A DNA stretch of 50,927 bases, from contig JBCBZJ010000022.1 in the NCBI GenBank assembly GCA_039815375.1, positions 1 through 50,927 on the forward strand, in the 5' to 3' direction. The stretch's first letter is position 1. The number at the start of each line of letters is the position of its first letter. The notes under the pieces were generated by a model that saw nothing but the letters and a program-made list of their open reading frames with translations, searched no databases and was not told where the DNA came from. This document shows, in pieces, positions 47,366 to 50,927 of the stretch. Source of the stretch: Verrucomicrobiota bacterium (GTDB taxonomy: Bacteria > Verrucomicrobiota > Verrucomicrobiia > Opitutales > Coraliomargaritaceae). The translations under genes and the position numbers were made by a program.

Positions 47366-47659
47366 CTAAAACCAGCCCTTCTTGCCATTGACATAGGTGG
47401 CAACGAAATCTTCATCCGATTTGGTAAGGTAAATAATACCTTCGATGAGTCCGATTAAACCTATAATCATAGGGCCGACGAGGATAAGAAACCCGAGAAT
47501 ACAGCAGACCAGCATAATAATGCCCTCCTTCGTATAACCGAGGATGAACTTATGAACACCGAGGCCACCCAGGAGGATGCCACAAATTCCGGCTGCGATT
47601 TTCTTCTCGGCTCCGGCAGGTTTAGACACCGCGGGAGCAGGTATATTTTCTTCAGACAT
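47366..47659 (-). CDS. TM2-domain membrane protein
   Basis: KKIAAGICGILLGGLGVHKFILG..IEGIIYL. Confidence 0.92.
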   Translation of the reverse strand: MSEENIPAPAVSKPAGAEKKIAAGICGILLGGLGVHKFILGYTKEGIIMLVCCILGFLILVGPMIIGLIGLIEGIIYLTKSDEDFVATYVNGKKGWF

Positions 47660-47697
47660 GTTGCTGCTTTCGTTAGGTTTGGTTGATTATGCCGCAC

Positions 47698-48246
47698 TCA
47701 TTCGGCGACCGTTTCAGACTTTTGGGTATTCCCTGCGCTGATCAACCTTAATTTTTCCATAGTCTCTTGATTCGCCTGCTCACGCTGCTTGATCTGCTGC
47801 TTGCCTTTTTCGAATGTATCCTGGGCAATGCCTAGCGTAAAATACGCTCCGACAGAACTTGCTGATGCAAAAATAATGATCAGGAAACTTGAGAAGAAGC
47901 CCAAATCAAAGAGTCTCCGGGCTGTTATCAGAATCGTAAGAAATGAAACTCCCCCAAACGCTCCCAGGGCGAGGTATTCCTCTGCCCATTCGGATTCGAC
48001 AAACGCCACCAGCTTCCAATCTGTCAGTCCATAGGCGGTTAATCCAAAAAAAAGGGGGAACATCAATGCCAGCAGTGCAGAAGTGACCCCTTTGCCACTC
48101 CGAAATAGCCTCATAAGAATTCGGGCCACAACCAGCCAAGCCAGGAGACAGGCTCCCATGGCTATGTAAAACTGAGTTGTGCCGAACTCGTAGGCCAGGA
48201 CTGAATCAATCAGTTCAAGAACGGAATCAATGAGTTCTTTGGGCAT
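47698..48246 (-). CDS. Hypothetical 4-TM membrane protein
   Basis: Four hydrophobic segments and a charged C-terminal helix; start uncertain (48246 or 48279). Confidence 0.7.
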   Translation of the reverse strand: MPKELIDSVLELIDSVLAYEFGTTQFYIAMGACLLAWLVVARILMRLFRSGKGVTSALLALMFPLFFGLTAYGLTDWKLVAFVESEWAEEYLALGAFGGVSFLTILITARRLFDLGFFSSFLIIIFASASSVGAYFTLGIAQDTFEKGKQQIKQREQANQETMEKLRLISAGNTQKSETVAE

Positions 48247-48382
48247 AAGCGCACTCTTTAAATTCAAAATATGAAACACTTACCGAGAAGCGACCAAATT
48301 TTCGAAAGAGAATGCCAACACTGTCGCCCTTGACAGTAGTCGGCGCGGATGGCACACCAATGCGCTTTTCAACAAACATTCT

Positions 48383-48940
48383 ATGGCATCACCCACCGAC
48401 GTTCGTAAAGGCAAAGTCCTCAACTACCAAGGCAACCCTCATCTTGTGCTCGACGTGCAGCACCGGACACAAGGTCGTCAGGCTGGCTTCATGCAGGTCA
48501 GCATGCGCAACCTGAGCACAGGTGCCAGCACCAACACAAAGATTCGCACAACGGACAGTGTGGAGATAATGCACACTGACATGGTAAAGCTGGAGTTCAG
48601 CTACGTGGATGGCGATGGCTACCACTTTATGGACCCGGATAGCTTTGAAGACATTATTCTCGAAGAAAGCCTAGTTGAAGGGGCCAAGGATTTTCTCGTC
48701 GAGAACCAAGCTTACAGTATCCTGCATGTTGATGACAGGCCGATTTCCATCGACTTACCTGCTTCGATTGAAATGAAGGTCACGGAGTCTCCCGAAGGCA
48801 TAAAGGGCGATACGGCAAGCAACGTGCAGAAGCCTGCCACCCTTGAGACCGGACTCGTCATTCAGGTGCCGCTTTTTATCAAGGAAGGTGAGACAATTAA
48901 GGTGAATACAGCGGACCGCTCCTACGCAGGCCGAGCTTAA
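48383..48940 (+). CDS. efp: Elongation factor P
   Basis: YHFMD..SFE, P.GIKGDTA, KPATLETG..IQVPLFI..GE.IKV.T. Confidence 0.96.
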   Translation: MASPTDVRKGKVLNYQGNPHLVLDVQHRTQGRQAGFMQVSMRNLSTGASTNTKIRTTDSVEIMHTDMVKLEFSYVDGDGYHFMDPDSFEDIILEESLVEGAKDFLVENQAYSILHVDDRPISIDLPASIEMKVTESPEGIKGDTASNVQKPATLETGLVIQVPLFIKEGETIKVNTADRSYAGRA

Positions 48941-49389
48941 ATACCGTAGACTGGTTTGAGTTGGGGCTCGCCGGGTAGATTGTTGTATATCTCACCGCGA
49001 GGACCCCGCCATTGGCCGTTGCCAATATGCACAAGGGTAACCGGGGTAATGGAACCATTTGAGTTACTGACATTGACCACATGGGTATTGGCTGCGTTCT
49101 GTGCGGCCTGAATCTGGCTCTGAGTGTCTGCTCGACGAGTGGCTATCCGGTTGCCTGCGACACCGCCAGCAATGGCTCCCAACGCGGCCCCAAGGACTTG
49201 GTTTTCTCCATCGCCGACATTGTTTCCGATTACACCTCCGAGCACGCCTCCAGACACGGCACCGACAGCAGTGCCCTGCTGGATAGCGGATTGGCGGGAA
49301 GGCGAATTAGCGCAGCCCGAGAGTAAGGTTGAAGTGAGAAGAACCGCAAGCAGCGGAAAAGCACGGCGAGTAAGCAAATGAGACTTCAT
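48937..49389 (-). CDS. Glycine-zipper lipoprotein
   Basis: Lipobox LSGC; GAVSGGVLGGVIG / GAALGAIAGGVAG. Confidence 0.85.
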   Translation of the reverse strand: MKSHLLTRRAFPLLAVLLTSTLLSGCANSPSRQSAIQQGTAVGAVSGGVLGGVIGNNVGDGENQVLGAALGAIAGGVAGNRIATRRADTQSQIQAAQNAANTHVVNVSNSNGSITPVTLVHIGNGQWRGPRGEIYNNLPGEPQLKPVYGI

Positions 49390-49431
49390 ACTGTCCCTAT
49401 ATCGACTGCCCGGCAAAAAAGTTGCACCTCA

Positions 49432-49770
49432 TCATCCCGGAGGCCACGTCAGACTGCGGCCACCCAGAAGGTGCACATGTAGATGCGGCACCGTCTCGCC
49501 GCCATCTTTGCCATTGTTAATCACGATGCGGAAGCCCTCGTCCAGCTCGAGTTTCTTTGCAACTGAAGCAGCCGTCAGCAAGAGGTGGCCCAGAATCGCC
49601 TGCTCTTCTATTTTCGCTTCCGCAACACGAGGAATCACTTGCTTTGGGATGACCAAACAGTGCACCGGGGCCTGCGGATCAATATCGTGTATGACGATGC
49701 AATGATCATCTTCATGCTCAATCCTGGCCGGGATCTCCCGGGCGATAATTTTCTCAAACAATGTGCTCAT
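49432..49770 (-). CDS. HIT-family nucleotide hydrolase
   Basis: DIDPQAPVHCLVIPK, HLHVH triad, WPPG. Confidence 0.95.
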   Translation of the reverse strand: MSTLFEKIIAREIPARIEHEDDHCIVIHDIDPQAPVHCLVIPKQVIPRVAEAKIEEQAILGHLLLTAASVAKKLELDEGFRIVINNGKDGGETVPHLHVHLLGGRSLTWPPG

Positions 49771-49785
49771 GTGATTCGATTAGAA

Positions 49786-50259
49786 CTAGAGAACGACGAC
49801 CTGCAACTTTGAACCTCGGGTGGCCCAGGCGCAAACAAGCTCATCAATCCAGCCCCGCGTGCGCTCATATTGGCCTTGCCGCGCCTTGGTCCAATACTTG
49901 CCTGGTGGGCAAACGGACTCCCGTAAACCCGTGACCAAGAGGAGCGCTTCGCGACGGCCTGCGAGCTTTTTCATTTCGCCCACAATTGCCTGGCGTATCC
50001 AGAGAGGACTGAAGTCTTCCAGCCGGGGCACATGCCAATGGACGAAAGCCAAGTTGCCCGGCTCACCCTCTTTCCCAAAATGTAGACAAGCCAGTTTTTC
50101 CACATATGTCTCGAGCTGCACTTGAGCCGCTTCCTCAGGATTTTCACGATAGAAAAACTCAAGTGCCCGCCGAGCATGCTCGCTACGCTCCGGATCAGAA
50201 TTGCGAGCTAGCAGCTCATTGAGGACACGAAGCTGTTCGACGGGGTCAGGCTTCGGCAT
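49786..50259 (-). CDS. Hypothetical protein co-transcribed with nrdR
   Basis: 157-aa ORF overlapping the nrdR end by 14 bp, co-oriented between nrdR and HIT. Confidence 0.75.
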   Translation of the reverse strand: MPKPDPVEQLRVLNELLARNSDPERSEHARRALEFFYRENPEEAAQVQLETYVEKLACLHFGKEGEPGNLAFVHWHVPRLEDFSPLWIRQAIVGEMKKLAGRREALLLVTGLRESVCPPGKYWTKARQGQYERTRGWIDELVCAWATRGSKLQVVVL

Positions 50260-50716
50260 TCTCGGAAGAGGCTTTCAGCTCGTTGATCTCCTGCGCCAGC
50301 TCCGAAAGATCCCGGAAGTCCTTGTAGACTGATGCGTATCTTACGTAAGCAATTTGGTCGAGGTGCTTCAAACGGGTCATGATCTGCTCGCCAATAGCTT
50401 TTGCCGGCATCTCGTGATCGTATTCCTTCTCCAGAGCAGCGAGGGCATCGGCTATAAGCATCTCGATCTGCATTACATCGATCGGGCGCTTTTCCACCGC
50501 CTTCTTGAGGCCACCAAGCATTTTCGCACGGTCAAAGTCCTCCCGACGGCCGTCCCGTTTAACGACCTGCAGATCCGCTCGAAGCACCTCTTCAATCGTC
50601 GTAAAACGATAGCCACAATCGAGACACTCCCGTCGACGGCGAATCGACGTTTCATTTTTTCCAGTTCGAGTATCGAGGACCTTGGTCTCCAACGAGGTGC
50701 ATTTAGGACAGCGCAT
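50246..50716 (-). CDS. nrdR: Transcriptional repressor NrdR
   Basis: [23 protein letters not shown]-cone [19 protein letters not shown]. Confidence 0.97.
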   Translation of the reverse strand: MRCPKCTSLETKVLDTRTGKNETSIRRRRECLDCGYRFTTIEEVLRADLQVVKRDGRREDFDRAKMLGGLKKAVEKRPIDVMQIEMLIADALAALEKEYDHEMPAKAIGEQIMTRLKHLDQIAYVRYASVYKDFRDLSELAQEINELKASSENAEA

Positions 50717-50766
50717 TGAGAAAATGAGTGGGGAGTTTTGAGTACTTACGGCTCAATAAGCAAAGA

Positions 50767-50811
50767 CCACTAGATCTAGGCTAAAGAGATAGCAACCCCT
50801 ATATTTAGTGC
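50767..50811. promoter_or_regulatory. Two candidate NrdR boxes
   Basis: ccaCTAGATCTAGgct (50767-50782) and cccCTATATTTAGtgc (50796-50811) match the CwAnATnTwG core. Confidence 0.55.
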
Positions 50812-50927
50812 CGACGACACACGAGATCCACCTATCTAGAACTCATCAAAGAAATAAACCCATAGAGGTTGGATACACCTACTATGATGGTGCCCAATTC
50901 ACCTTCCGGAAAGTGGGGAGACTTCAA

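Noticed and set aside
48197..48238. 21-nt imperfect tandem duplication (ELIDSVL twice)
   Set aside because: Minor in-frame duplication with no evident significance.

Overview
Bacterial chromosomal window. The gene content (PEP-CTERM protein, LEPRxLL giant protein, helical-repeat exported protein) suggests Verrucomicrobiota/Opitutae; this is an inference. There are three zones. (1) 1-20.6 kb, minus strand: a TolC / RND-type adaptor / GAF-adaptor / M50 peptidase-adaptor / truncated SecA-paralog operon with no ABC transporter in the window. It is followed by a giant (>3980 aa) repetitive LEPRxLL-motif protein that runs off the window and is absent from the ORF track. (2) 23.5-33.9 kb: an integration hotspot downstream of tRNA-Pro(TGG). 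Two ~156-bp tRNA-linked repeats each regenerate the 19-bp tRNA 3' end, and each regenerated end is occupied by a related, integrase-less islet. One islet carries an HU gene and a 4-gene putative anti-phage operon (membrane protein, metallo-beta-lactamase-fold protein ending in Gly, E2-E1-JAB fusion, TM-anchored unknown). The other carries higBA, a PEP-CTERM gene and an IS3 that destroyed a paralogous HU gene. (3) 34-51 kb: mostly housekeeping genes (fasciclin, phosphohexomutase, UDP-sugar pyrophosphorylase, ftsB-like, exeA/exeB-like, clpB, nth, efp, HIT, nrdR). No CRISPR array or rRNA was seen.
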